64,000 nucleotides of DNA. Origin: Pelomyxa schiedti. Lineage: Eukaryota; Protista; Evosea. The position numbers and the translations under genes are program-made. The stretch is taken from assembly GCA_020536535.1 (NCBI GenBank), contig JAHLWZ010000814.1:1-64000 (forward strand), in the 5' to 3' direction. A model generated the notes under the pieces. The model was not told where the DNA came from. It ran no database searches and saw nothing but the letters and a program-made list of their open reading frames with translations. Below, piece after piece: positions 40,401-53,052 of the stretch (position 1 is its first letter; each line of letters starts with the position of its first letter).

Positions 40401-40440
40401 GTTCTCTTTGTGGTGGGGTTTGTGTGGCAAAGAACAGGGG

Positions 40441-43249
40441 TCAAGTTCTGTAGATGAGCTCAAAGTTGAGCTTGAAGGAAAATCGGAAGTGGGAGAGGCC
40501 ATTGAATGCACTGGTAAACTGCATACAGTATTGTGGTGTCCTCACAAGTGCCAGTGGCTTGTAGTATTTACTGGTGATCAACGGGTTAGTGAAGAGCTCA
40601 TTCAGTGCAGCACCCAGCTTCCCGGAACTATGTGCAGTGAGCAATCGTTATTTTACTAGTGTTTGTATGAATATACTTGAGAGCTTCACAGACGAGTGCC
40701 CTAAACTTCATGTTATTGTCCTTGTGTACAGTAATTATTCTGTCCACTAATCCTCTCAACGGTTCACTTCCCTCTTGTGAGGTAGAAGCTGCAGAGGTCA
40801 AGGTGCTACTTGCGCCACTAGGTGACAGGAAAACTGGCATCTGAAGAGGAGCACTTTTGGGTGCAAAAGCCACCTCTTCAATGAAATTCCATATGTGAAC
40901 TCTGGTAGGCCGCATAAAGTAATGAAACATACAGTCTGCAATTGCACTACATATGTCATAACGGACTAGTTTGGAAGTTTTTGAAGACGGCTTGTCTTCT
41001 TCTCCAGGAGCATGAAGGAGGTGCGAAGTCAGTGTGGTGATGCTGGTCTTCAAGTTTCCTAACAATTGCTCTTTTTCTGATTAATATGTGTATTCTTGGA
41101 AGTAGCAGGGAAGTAACCTATTTTTTTGGAGGGATCTTCAGGTGGCTCTGGTCTGATGGAGAAGATAGAACCCAACACCTTGAAGAAAAATAACGTTAAA
41201 CCAGTACATAAGCGGAACTTATTTAATAAAAAGGTGGAAGAAAAAAACCTGAAACACCCCAGAGCTCTGCTGAGTCGGCTTGGTGGTTGGAGTTGGGGTA
41301 CTACTGGAGGCTGTAGGGCCAACACTTGAAGAAGCACTTATTTGAGTTGGTGCAGTGGTGGTCTGAGGAGGTGGTTGGTTTGTAGCAGTCTCCGCAGGTT
41401 CCAGGCCAAGGAATGAAGAGAATGTAGATGACAGTTGGCTTATACTATTTGAGGCAGGTCGGGTGCTTTCGATCAAGTCTTTGAAAGCATTGGTAACAAT
41501 AGAGGGGAGGATGTTGTCATCATTAGACACAGGATTAACATTTTGTAGTTCCCAAGTATCGTTACTTTTTATTGAAGTAAGAAAGGGAAGTGGATTTCAA
41601 GTGGTAGTACACGAAACACAGTGCCAAAGTGGGAGTCATCTGAGCGCTATACGTTGGCGCATTCCCCTTCCTCTGTAATAATTTAGAGAGATAAGAAGAG
41701 TGTGAGAAAACCAGTGCTTCTTGTTGATCAGCGATTTCTGCTGCAAGTTCGAAATTCTGCTTTCTGACGGCTTCTTCCTGTTCTCTCTTGAGCCTTGCCA
41801 GCTCCTGTTGTGCTGGCGGGATAATTGTGGTATCTCCTTGGCTGTTTAGTTCCCATTTTGAGTTTTTCTCATCCCAGTCAAAAATACAGGGTCCAGCAGT
41901 GATGCCTTTGAGACCCGAGGGAATATTTTTGGCCAGAAGGCCCTTTATGTTTTAATTTATGTGAATCAGCACCACTCCCTATCCCCACCCCCTCCCTAAG
42001 CGCCTCTCACATGAAGTTGCTTTGGGGTAGAAATTACAGCATATCCCTCAGCATTTATTGGAATCCTGCGGTCTTGCGGAACGGTTGGTGTTTTCTATGA
42101 GCAAGTTAATATTTAAAAATAGCCTTTTACTTGTGTGTAGTGTTACAGAAGATTCTGCGTCATCTTCGAGAGGTAGAGTTTGTGAATCTTCTGGAGGGTT
42201 TAGACCTCCTGATAATGGGTCAAGGAATTTATATCCCACTTGAAAGAATCACACCTGCCTGCAAAGTTGATTGTGTTGAGATTAAGGGAGCGTTTGCTTC
42301 CGACTGTTCGTCATTTGGCACCATTGTAGAAGAGGAATTCCAGTCCATATTGGCTGCTGCTGCCACTATGGATGCTGGGAGATAATAGTAAGCCTAGGTA
42401 TCGTAATAAGAACTCATACCACTCCAGAGTACAGAACTCGTGCTATCGAATATATTGGTGTCATTTTTCGTTGGAGGGAGGATGGAATTGGTTGGTGACA
42501 TGCTCCTGGTCGAGCTAGTTGGAGAATGGGTAGTGTCAGAAAACGCAACAGATGAAAGGGGTGAAGTGGATGGTGGAGTGGCAGATTTATGGGCACCCAC
42601 AATCAACTCCTTACGCCCTTGAGCCACTGAAATAGGCTGAGAGACAGGTGCCACCACAAGTTGACTTGCTGAGGGCAGGGAAGTCGGTAAACTTGTGGGT
42701 CGTGGCGGGGCAGAGTGGGGCTTCCTTGCCTCGATAACAGGGTCCTCAAAAGGGTTCGTTGACCCCACAGGTGAAGGTGACTTGACTGCAAGTGCCGGTT
42801 GCGTTGATGTGGTGTGCTGGGAAATGAATAACGGAGGCGGTGGGTGATGGGGTGAGACTTGTTGGCGCTGCCTGCCCGTTGTGTCAGTTCCTGCAGAATA
42901 GGAGTCGTCGAAGGGATTGGTTGTACTGTTACTACTGGTGCTTGGAGAGGTGAGGAGAGGCGATCGAGGGGGCGATTCCTCGAAGGGGTTAGTGCTTGCA
43001 GAGGGTGCTGGGGAGGGTGTGTCTTCGAACGGGTTCGTGCTAGCCAAAGGAGCACTTGAGGCTGGTTTCACTTGACCAACCACTGGCGAGTGTGGCTAAC
43101 AACATACAAAACAAAAAAAGGGAAGTACAAAAGGGGTAAAAGTGAGCAACAACAAGAAAAGATCTAGGGCAAGACACAAGAGATATGCTGCCAGGCCTGG
43201 ATCTTCCTATCAATGCCTTGTGTTCCACAGACGGGCTGACTGTTGCCAT
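40441..43249 (-). CDS. RUN-domain protein with N-terminal NPF repeats and a UVR-like coiled motif
   Basis: Four TNPF(E/D) motifs; QQELARLKREQEEAVRKQNFELAAEIADQQEAL; RUN-like C-terminus HIWNFI...KFRALVCEALK...LNELFTNPLITSKYYKPLALVR...LSHFRFSF. Confidence 0.8.
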
Positions 43250-43479
43250 CACCCTTCCTTGATTATTTTGTTGTTTTGATGAGACTTCGAAACGGAACGA
43301 TTCGGGGCAACGAGCCGGGGTTTTACTTTGGGTGTGGATTGACAACATTCCCCTGCGCCAGAATCCTATTGGCAGTTAAGGTGTCATTCGGTGATAACAT
43401 AGTTTCCCGTATTGGCTCAGATCTTCTTGTGTTTTTATTCATTTGGGGTTCTGCAAAAACTCAAAGAAAAAACCAACAA

Positions 43480-46161
43480 ATGGGAAACCGATGTGGCTGC
43501 AGCGGTAGCAGTGTTGTCGACAGTTCAACAACGGGCGATATGCCTGGAGAGTACTACGTCGTGCCGCACAAGAGAAGAAAACAAAACTCGGGCGCGGGGG
43601 CGCACAATACTCGTTACAAGTCCAAGCCAGATCTGTGGAGCGGATTTTCGTTCACTCCAAAACCGGCTCTCTCTGTTGTGGATTCATCATCGAGCTCTTC
43701 GTCTTGTTCGGAATCCGACGATGACGACGTTGAAGAGTACCTTGATGACTATTCCAATGTGGTCGCGGACGAGCCGGAAGACGATACGGGCGGAGCGACT
43801 GCTGAGGAGTGTAGTGGATCCTCCAGTTTGAGCACACCCCACACGGAGACCCCCTCTCCTTCATTGCCCTCTGTAACACTTGATACGCAGAGTTTGTCAC
43901 CTCAGAACACTCGATCCTCCAGAGCATCATCCAACCCAATTTTGCCTAAATCTAAATCAGCTTCCAAAAGGGCTCTGTCAAAATCTGAAATTAACTGTGT
44001 ACACATGAAACCAATACAACTTCACAATCAATTTTTGGGGCAAGTTGCACACAGCCAATTAGTTGAGAATAAGGATCACCAGCAAAAAAGAAGACGAGTA
44101 AAGAGTACAGGTCCTGGAGTGTTATCTACACTTCCCCATCCTCATTCCCATCACCATTCACACAAGCATAAAACACTTCCACCCAATGCGCCAGAATTCA
44201 CTACTGCAAATACTCTCTCAGAAACAGCAAACAACAACACCTCCGATAATTTAACGACCGGTCACACTGAAACAAGCCAACCTCCTGCAAGTTCATCAAC
44301 AGTACAACAGAATACGACAACAGTAATGCCCCCAGGTCAGAAACTAAACACAGTTCTCTCCAGCACTTCTAGTGATTCTGCTCCCATTCATCTCACCAAC
44401 GACTTGCACGAACCAAGTATCCCTGCACTGCCAAGTGAGAATTTTGCAAATGTTTCATGAAATCTGATTTTCCACTTTAGGTGCGTTTTTAGTCGCTGTG
44501 GACGATCCCAGTGATTTCTTCTTCCCTTCGTCAAATGACTCTCCTGTACGAGAACAAATACCACCCCCTCCTGAGACTGTATCTTGCACCCCCACTACCA
44601 CCACTTCCAGCTCGTCAGCAAGTTCAGCCGCGAACGCCGTTCCCACCTCTACACCGAGTCCTCTTTCTCAAGAACAGTTCGATTCTAATACAACAGCATT
44701 TGCTGAAGTGGACTTGGAGGAGCTTTTTGATCGCGATGACCCTGGCATTTCCCGCATTGCTATCGCCCCTCTCTCCGTATTAACTTGGTCTTCTGTTGAT
44801 ACGGAACTTGACACACCGACGAATAGCACATCCTCTACTAAACAAGAAAGCCCGGAACAAAACTCTTCTACTTCCTGCACTACTACTTCTGTCGTCCAAG
44901 GAGACGGCACGGAAGAAAATACTGCTCCTCATAGTTCGTGGACAATTTTAATTTCTATGTTATATTAATCTTTTTTCTGTTAGGTCTAGTACCAGAATAT
45001 CCCGCCTTCAAGTCCAGATTGTCTTTACCTCCACACATGAGGTGAAATGCGCCGCTGCAACCACTTCTTGCTAACGTTTCTCTAGAAAGACTAGCTTCCA
45101 TAAAATAAAATCGAATTCTACAAGTTCCTTGTTCATCAAACAAACAATGCAAGAGCCGGATTTATCTGAGCTTCTTATGTGGTGTGTCTTGTAAGAAACA
45201 TGGGTTATCCGCTAAATGACACCAAAGCATGGCGAATGCACTTCAGTATCACATAGTCAAAGATGTGAGTGAAATGCCTCCCTCCAAAATGGAATATCCA
45301 ATATTCTCTGAAAAGTTCAATCCTCTTACAGTAAGTTTTCTATTCTTATTACAAATCTGTATCAGTAACTGGCATCAGAAAGAATCCTCCGACTTGAGTA
45401 CGATACCGACAGTGGAAACAATACACGCATTCTTCATGAAAATATTCTTATCAGAAAAGGTATGAGAGATGATATGTTATTTAAGTCAACGCAAACCAAA
45501 ACTTGCTACAGTTGGACCCAGAAATAGCAATAATGTGCTTGGTAAGTTTGTGTTCTTTACCAACTGCATTTTTATCGTTGTTACAGGCGTATGTTGAACG
45601 TGTCCACAATAACAAAGCATTGTTGCTGCCAAGTACATGGCGGCGGATCTGCTTAGCTGCATTGATTTTAGCATCCAAGGTAATGAATTTATTGGGGGAG
45701 GTGTCGCTCAATGTATTCCGGCAGGTCTGGGATGAACAATCTGTTTGGAATGTTGACTATGTTCACATTTTTGACAATGCAACGGCTCTTGATCTCAACA
45801 AACTAGAACACCAGTTTCTTGAGCTAATTGAATTCACTGTGGGGTTGTCTGCCAGTCTGTATGTTTCTTAGATTCTTTCTTCCTTGACCTGAGATTTGTA
45901 TGAAAGCTATGCCAAGTACTATTTTGCCTTGAGGGACTTCAGCAAACTCAGTCCCGACCAGTTCCCAATGAAAGAGCTAGACAAGAACGGGGCACGGCGC
46001 CTAGAGGTACAGCAGCACCATTCCCAACACCCTTTTGAAATCTTATTCCTTTGTTCTAGGCCACAACATTCCGAACTCAAAACGAAATGCAGCAGAAACA
46101 CCGACGATCTTCCAGTGCGGACATGCCCGTTACTGTTGTAGGGCGACATGTCATAAACTGA
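43480..46161 (+). CDS. CCNY: Cyclin Y-like protein with long low-complexity N-terminal region
   Basis: MGNRCGCS acylation-type N-terminus; cyclin box YVER...STWRRICLAALILASK|VWDEQSVWNVDY...LNKLEHQFLELIEFTV...YAKYYFALR; C-terminal RRSSSAD resembling the cyclin Y 14-3-3 site. Confidence 0.9.
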
Positions 46162-46364
46162 AACCATCCAATCATGCACCCTCAATGTAAACCAGTAATA
46201 ATAAAAAACCCGATACGTGATCACGCGGCAGTTCCCAGGAACTCCACTGTACCTCTGAGGTAGAATCTGACATCTCTTGGAACGACGTTTTTGATGGCCA
46301 GTTTTTTTGGGGAAGTTTCTGCCCTTTGGAAACAAAAAGGAAACAGAAAAAGAAACCGAGCGCG

Positions 46365-49300
46365 ATGGCCGCGAACGCGAGCGCCAGTACTTCCAGCAAG
46401 GAATCTAAATCCAAGTTGTTGTTGAGTCTCAAAGATGAAATGGGAGGACTCAAGAAACAATTGGCTGATGACAAAGTCACTCTCGACAAAGTCGTATCGT
46501 GGATACGACAGGTGGGCCCGTTTTTCCCAGTATTTTTATAAAACGCCATTACAACAATGAGACTGTGAAGGGTTTTGGGAGGATTTCAGATGACTTGACT
46601 GAGACTTCTGCAAAACTTATGCAAGTGGATGCTACCACCAAAGAACTAAGCTCGTCTCTCAGTGAAACTGAGGATGCCAGAGCAAAGTTGTTACCTTCCC
46701 AGTGATATTATTGATAAATTGAACCTCTTCGTTGCAACCTGACTTTGCTATATAGATTACAGCAGTGGATTAAAGATAATCTAGGAAATAACTTAGAGAT
46801 GGTAGGAATATTGCATGACAATAAATTCAGGCAGGAAAGGTAAGCTTATACCAATTTCGCAAATTTTTACAATGCCCTCTCTTGCAGAGAAGGTCTCATC
46901 AAAGAAGTTGAAACAATGATTGCAGATGAGGCTTCTAATATGCAAGTCGAACAACGTCGCCTCAGACTGGAAGAAAAGCGCACCCTTTTGGAGGAGGTCA
47001 AACAAGTCGTTACAGACCAGATACAACTTGCTTTGGGCAAATATAGACTATCTATTGATGATCAGATTAGAGAATCAGAAGAGCGTGTTCAAGTAGAATT
47101 TCAGGTTTAAATTTCAGGGAACTAGTTGGGAAATACCGGTTTTATTTATCGGTATTAGAAATCTATCCAAAGAGTGCTAGAAAAGCACATGGCTGATATG
47201 CAAACTGTAGAAGAAAGACTAAGAAACTTGTATGATTCTATCTGTAGAGCTAGAACGGAAGATAAAACTGCTGTGCGTCGAAGTCAGTTTCCGAAATAGG
47301 AATTTAATGCTCTTGGCAGGTAATGGATGAACTATCAACACAACTCTTGTCTCTTCAAAAAGAAGTGCTATCAGCCATTGCTGAAGACCACGACCTTTGG
47401 GTGGAGGCACTTGAGAAGGTAACTTTCTGCTTCACAACAATGAGGAATATTTGAAACGACTGCACCCAGGGAAGAGTAGAAGGAAGAAAAATGGCTGCAA
47501 TTGAAGCCAACAAAGCCTGCAATACCCTGCAGCAAACTATGGACGACCGATTGATAGAGGTTTGCAAATTAAAATTTCAACTTGGACCAAGAAAAGAAAT
47601 GTGTAGGCTCAAAAAGAGCTTCTTACTAAGCTTAAAACGACTCGAGAAGAGACATTCCAGTACAGACGCGATTTATCACTGTATCCACTTCTTGTACCAA
47701 TCAGCTGCCTGAAGCTTACTTACCATAATTTTTTTTTTCCTTTTAGAGTGGAAGACAGACTGGCAAGTGTTGAGAGCGATCTTGATAAAGGAAGAGAAGA
47801 GGATAGAGCTTGGTTGACAAAGGAAATTTCTAGCGTGAGATCTTTGGTAGGGAACGCTGGTGCACTTTTAGCTGGTAAGGCTGCAGCAACAGCAGCAGTA
47901 TCGAGTACAGGTGACTTGAATACACGTGAACCTCAAGTTAAAGGTTGGTAGAAAAGCCTATGATTTCGCTAATTTCACACAGAAATATCAATGTGGTTGA
48001 CATCTATCAACATGGGCAAATACCACGACATATTGGTTTCGCACGGTTTTGACAATTTCCAGGTGGGACATTGTGAGTAAAGTGAGAAAACTTCTAAGCA
48101 TCCACAGGCGTTATCATCATTGGAAGAGGCTGATCTAGATACCCTTAACATCACTCTGCCTGGGCATAGGTTTCTCTCCCTTTTTTTCATAGTTATTCCG
48201 ACTGCATAAAAGAAAAGCGCTTCTCGCTGCAGTGAGGGATCTCCGAGCAAAAGGGGTTCCTCCAACTGATGGTGTGTTTTATTAATCTAAATTTCTTCTC
48301 ATTCTTGAAAAAAGGAGCATCAACGACGTAAACTCTGTATAGTCCTACTCTTCTTTAACCTTCCCTCTTCTAGGAAAGACCGAGAAACTAGAAAAGTGAT
48401 GGAACGTAAGCAATTTGAGGAACAACAGAAAGCTCTTGCACTCAAAGTTCTAGTGTTCTTATGGGAGGATTTTTTTTTAATTCATTTCAGCGCGAGGCAC
48501 AACAACGTGATGAAGAGCTACAGCTTGAACAAGAAAATCAAGCAAGAAAAGAGAGGCTTGCACAATTACAGTAATTATTTATATTGGCTTCTTCTTAGTT
48601 AACTCATTCACTCAGACTTGAGGCAGAAAAGCGTGCTCATGATCTGGAGGAAGAACAAAAGCAATTTCAAGAAGCAACTCTCCTTCGTGAACGTGAACGA
48701 GAACTTACAAGACAACATCAAGAACAAGAGAGGGCAGATTCTCTCCGGTACTTTCTATTTGTGTAAACACCTTATTTACCTTCCCCTCCAGGCAACGACA
48801 AGAGGAACTGAAGAAGACTCAAATTTCTAAGATTGATCCCCTTGACTGGGCGGTACCAAATACTACAAATACCGCTGGTTCAACAGAATTAAGCCCGGAC
48901 ATGGATGATTGGCTTACCCCTACTGCCAATACCTCTCAAAAGTAAGTCACATGCCTTTTGGGTGATATCTGACAATTTCTAGAACTCCAAAGCCTAATAA
49001 GCACCGGAGTGACATAGAGGCTGAAGCTCAACGGATAAAGGACATGGAGGCGGCACGTAAGGCCCGTGACGAACGTGAAAGACAAGAGTTGGATGAACGT
49101 CAAAACAAACTTCGTGAAGATGCAAGACTCAGAGAAGAGAAACGCCAACAGGATGAACGAAGGGAAGCTGCACGAAGAGTGGAGGAGGATGCAAAGAGAG
49201 AGCAAGAAAGAAGAGATGAAGAGAATAGGAGAGAACAAGCAAGACAGGAACAAGAAGAAAAACTCAAGTTGGAGCAAGCCAGAAACCAGAAACACTGGAG

Positions 49301-51663
49301 TCCAGACGCTTCTTCTGATTCTGAAACTGAAGAAGTAAAACCAACTCGAAAAGAGAGAGCCGTCTCTCCGAGTACAGATATTTCTAGCATTTCATCAAAA
49401 CCTGCAACTGCACCACAAACACAACAAGACAGACTGCTTGAGGAAAGACGACAACAACTACAAGAGAGAGAAGCTGCGATAAAGCTCCGACAACAACAAG
49501 CGCGTGAACGTGAAGAAGCCAGAAAGGCTGAAGCGGCAAGAAAAGCTGAAGAGGCAAGAAAAGCGGAAGAATCCCGACAAGCTGAGGAAGCAAGGCGACT
49601 GGAGGAAGCCAGCCTTGAGGAACAAGAAAAACAACTCAGAGAGGAAGAGGAGAGGATACGCAAGGAAGAAGAATTATTATCCGCGGATCTGGAAACTGAT
49701 GTACTTGAAGATACCAAGGTGGTAGACATTCAACCCAGCAAACATGTTACTGAAGAGTCAGCACCGGAGAAACATCCAAGCAAAACTGTGACAGAAGAAC
49801 TACCCACAAAACCCAAGGAAGAAGTTGTCCCTCCATCCAAACCTCGTACTCTCCCAAAACAACCACCTCAGCGAACTCCTGCTGCGAGCCCCAAGCCAGT
49901 GTCAGCTCCCTCTCTTGAAAAGACAGAGGACGCACCAAGGTTGTGTCTCGTTTAAGTTTCTTTCTAATCATTTTTTTCTTCAGACCCAAATTAGAGGTGA
50001 AGCCAGAGCCTAAAACTGTCGAATGTATGAACAACTTCAACTCGCTTAATTATTAATTGTTCGCGTCAGCACCTGCCTCTGGGAGGAAAGGAGGGGAGCC
50101 CCATTTTGACGAAAGTATTGGAAATGCGTATGATGAGGTTCGGAACGACGTGTCTGATGCCAATTGGTATATCTTGATTTTCAATCAAACCCAACACCCT
50201 CAGGCTTATTATGGGCTACAAAACTACACAAAACAATCTGTTCCTTTACGGATCTGGAAATGGTACTTCATTTAATTTGATTGAAGTTCTAAGTGTTTAA
50301 GGGGGCTCAACGGAATTTGTGTCTGAGCTTGAGTCCTACCCTGGTGAAGTGTTATATGGATTCTTGAAGTATCTCTATGGTGCAAATGACAGACCCAAAT
50401 TCATAATGGTTACTCTTGTACCTGATTCACTCTCCGGGGTTGCCAAAGCTAAACCAAACGCACACAAACCTTTTGTGGAGGCTTTTCTGAAAGTATTAGC
50501 CCCTCTGTTTTGCAGACTTCTCACACAGCCCCTTTTTAGTATTCGCACACCCACTTTAACATCTCAAGTCCCTCTGAGCTTTCTGAAGTGGCTATAGAGG
50601 AAAAGTTGTACACTGCTGGAGGGGCTCATTATGGAGGTGACTCGAAAAGTGTATGCACCCCCTCCCCCTCCCCGGATGACTAATCCTAAGTAGGCTCCGG
50701 CCAAGCCCAGTGCACCAAAACCCACTTCAACTCCCACTTCTTCTGCAAAGGCTGCCCCAAAACCACAACCAGCACCCGCGGAAAAACCGAAGCCACCAGC
50801 CCCAGAAACAAAAGTAAAGAGCACACCAGCACCAAAACCCTCCGCAAAGACATCGGCAGTAGAAACCCCAGCACAACCCATCTCCAAGCCGCCTCCAGCT
50901 ACAAAGGTAACAACGCAAACCCCACAAAAGCCAGCCACCACTACCCCCGCCAAACCTAAACCGGAGCCTTCACCAAAACCTAAGCCCTCTGAGGACCAAC
51001 CAGCAAAGGTATTCTCAAAAACAAAAAAATTCGCCATTTCACACTAAAACAGGCCTCTCGAACTCTTCCTCAGCCTGGGAAACCTTCCACCCAAACCGCA
51101 ACCACACCTACTACAACTAATGTAAGTACACCACCACCTCAAACCGAGCCCCAGCCTCCTCCTGAGGGCTCGGACTTCCTTGCAAGTTTCCATCAAAGAA
51201 AAGCAGCAGCCTTGAACAAAACCCCATCAGAGAAGCCATCTCCAGCAAAACCATCGCCTTCAGCACCAGAAAAACCGAGTGCTAAACCAGCTCCTACTCC
51301 GGAAAAACCCGCTTCTAAGCCGCCTCAAGCTACTCCCCCAGAGCCAAAACCAGCTGTACAAGATGGGTATCTAATCCATTTCCAGTACCACCTCTCACTA
51401 AAACAACTAGTCCCGCTTTAGAAACGCAGATACGGAAATGCAGTGATTTCATCAAGAAAACTGGTGTAGAAAATGATGGTTTCTTCTGTGTTCTGTGGGA
51501 AGACCTCATCAAGCAATATGACGCAGATACACTTAAAATGATGCGGACCAAGGTCTTGTCCCTCTTCCCAAAAGGATCATCCCTTACCAGTTTCCAAAAA
51601 CAGGATATCTTGGACTTTCCAGATGACCCTGAACCCGATGCTGTAGTAACTCTTATGGAGTAG
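46365..51663 (+). CDS. Multidomain cytoskeletal scaffold: coiled coil, SAM, ER/K-rich helix, coactosin-like ADF-H, Pro-rich region, Costars-like domain
   Basis: The junctions traced splice in frame. SAM ISMWLTSINMGKYHDILVSHGFDNFQ|ALSSLEEADLDTLNITLPGHR|KALLAAV; ADF-H AYDEVRNDVSDANW...YGFLKYLYGANDRPKFIMVT...EEKLYTAGGAHYG; C-terminus QIRKCSDFIKKTGVENDGFFCVLWEDL...DTLKMMRTK|DILDFP...AVVTLME*. Confidence 0.78.
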
Positions 51664-51854
51664 TTCTACTCCGCTAATGGATAAAACCTTAATAAAATAA
51701 CAACACACCTGTCATTTCTATTCCCCTTTGGTGCGGCACCAAATTCCACCCTAAAACACAAGACCCTGAGGGAAAAAAAAAAACTCTCTCTGACCCAGAT
51801 GATTCACATTTTCGAAAAAAGAAAACAAACAAAAAAAAGCACAGGACAGTGGTG

Positions 51855-52820
51855 ATGCGGACACGTGTCGGCGCGGGGGCGACACCCAGCAGGTGGTTTT
51901 TTGCGGCGGTTGCGGCGTTGGTTGTTGGGGGATGTGGCGTGGTGAGCGCGTTCTCGTTTTCCATCTCGCCACATAGCACGGACTGTTTCAAAGAGTGGTC
52001 AAAGGCAGGCGAGGATGTAACGGTCATATACCAAGTCTTGTCTGGTGGCCAAATGGATGTCGATTTTGAGGTCAGTCCTATTGTTTTTGCTTGTTTTGTT
52101 TGTTTTGTTTAGTTTGTTGGGGTTTTTTTGTTTGTTTGACCTGTGATTGATGAATGCCCTGTGTAATGCGGGGGTAAATGGATGATGGGTCGAAATATCT
52201 GGCGTGGCTGTTTGATTGTTGGCATTTTGTTTAACTTTGCAGTAGGTGCTTGATCCACTGGGCGAGGTTGTGTATAGCCAGCACCGCACAACGAGCGAGA
52301 ATACGGGATTCACAACTGATAAAGAGGGTTACTATCAATTCTGTTGGGGGAACAAAATGAGCACCCTCACACCAAAGACTCTCTCCGCGATGATTATTGT
52401 GGGTGACGACATACCTCACGCTGACTTCGCGGGTGCCGCTACTGCAAGTAGGTCACCCCTTCACATCAACATGTATTATTTTACTTGTAGCTTGGGATTT
52501 TTTTTTTCCCCACTCCACTATAACATTTGCTCATACTGGCTTAGGTGACCTCACTCCCCTCGACCTTGCAGTGGAAATGCTTGCACAAGGTGTAATGGAC
52601 ATAAGAACCGACCAAAAACACATGCACATGAGAGATATTGCTCATAGAAATGGTTGTATTTTTTTAAAATTCCAACTAACACTAACAAAAACAAGTGAGT
52701 GAGAGCACCAACCAACGTGTGTTGTATTGGTTTATATTTGAGGCCGTTTTGATAGTAGCCCTGGCCCTTTGGCAAGTTCTCAGTCTACGCAAAATCTTCG
52801 AGCAAAAGAGAATAGTGTGA
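51855..52820 (+). CDS. p24/emp24/gp25L (TMED) cargo receptor
   Basis: Signal peptide, GOLD domain (DCFKEW...YQVLSGGQMDVDFE...GYYQFCWGNKMSTLTPKTL), coiled coil, ESTNQRV, TM helix, tail KIFEQKRIV*. Confidence 0.93.
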
Positions 52821-53052
52821 AAATTTGCAATTGCCAAGCGAACAATAGGAAACCTATTTTCGTACTCCGGGAAAATTTGGTCGCTTAAGAGATTCGACGT
52901 TGGATCCGATAAAGACATTTTACCCCTGCCAAAATAATCAGAATCCCAAAATGAAAGGGAAAAGAAAAATCATAAAATACATTAAATCAACACACAGCAC
53001 AACACCAATACAGGCGGTCGGTACAAAGAAATAAGCGACAAAGAGAAAGGAA

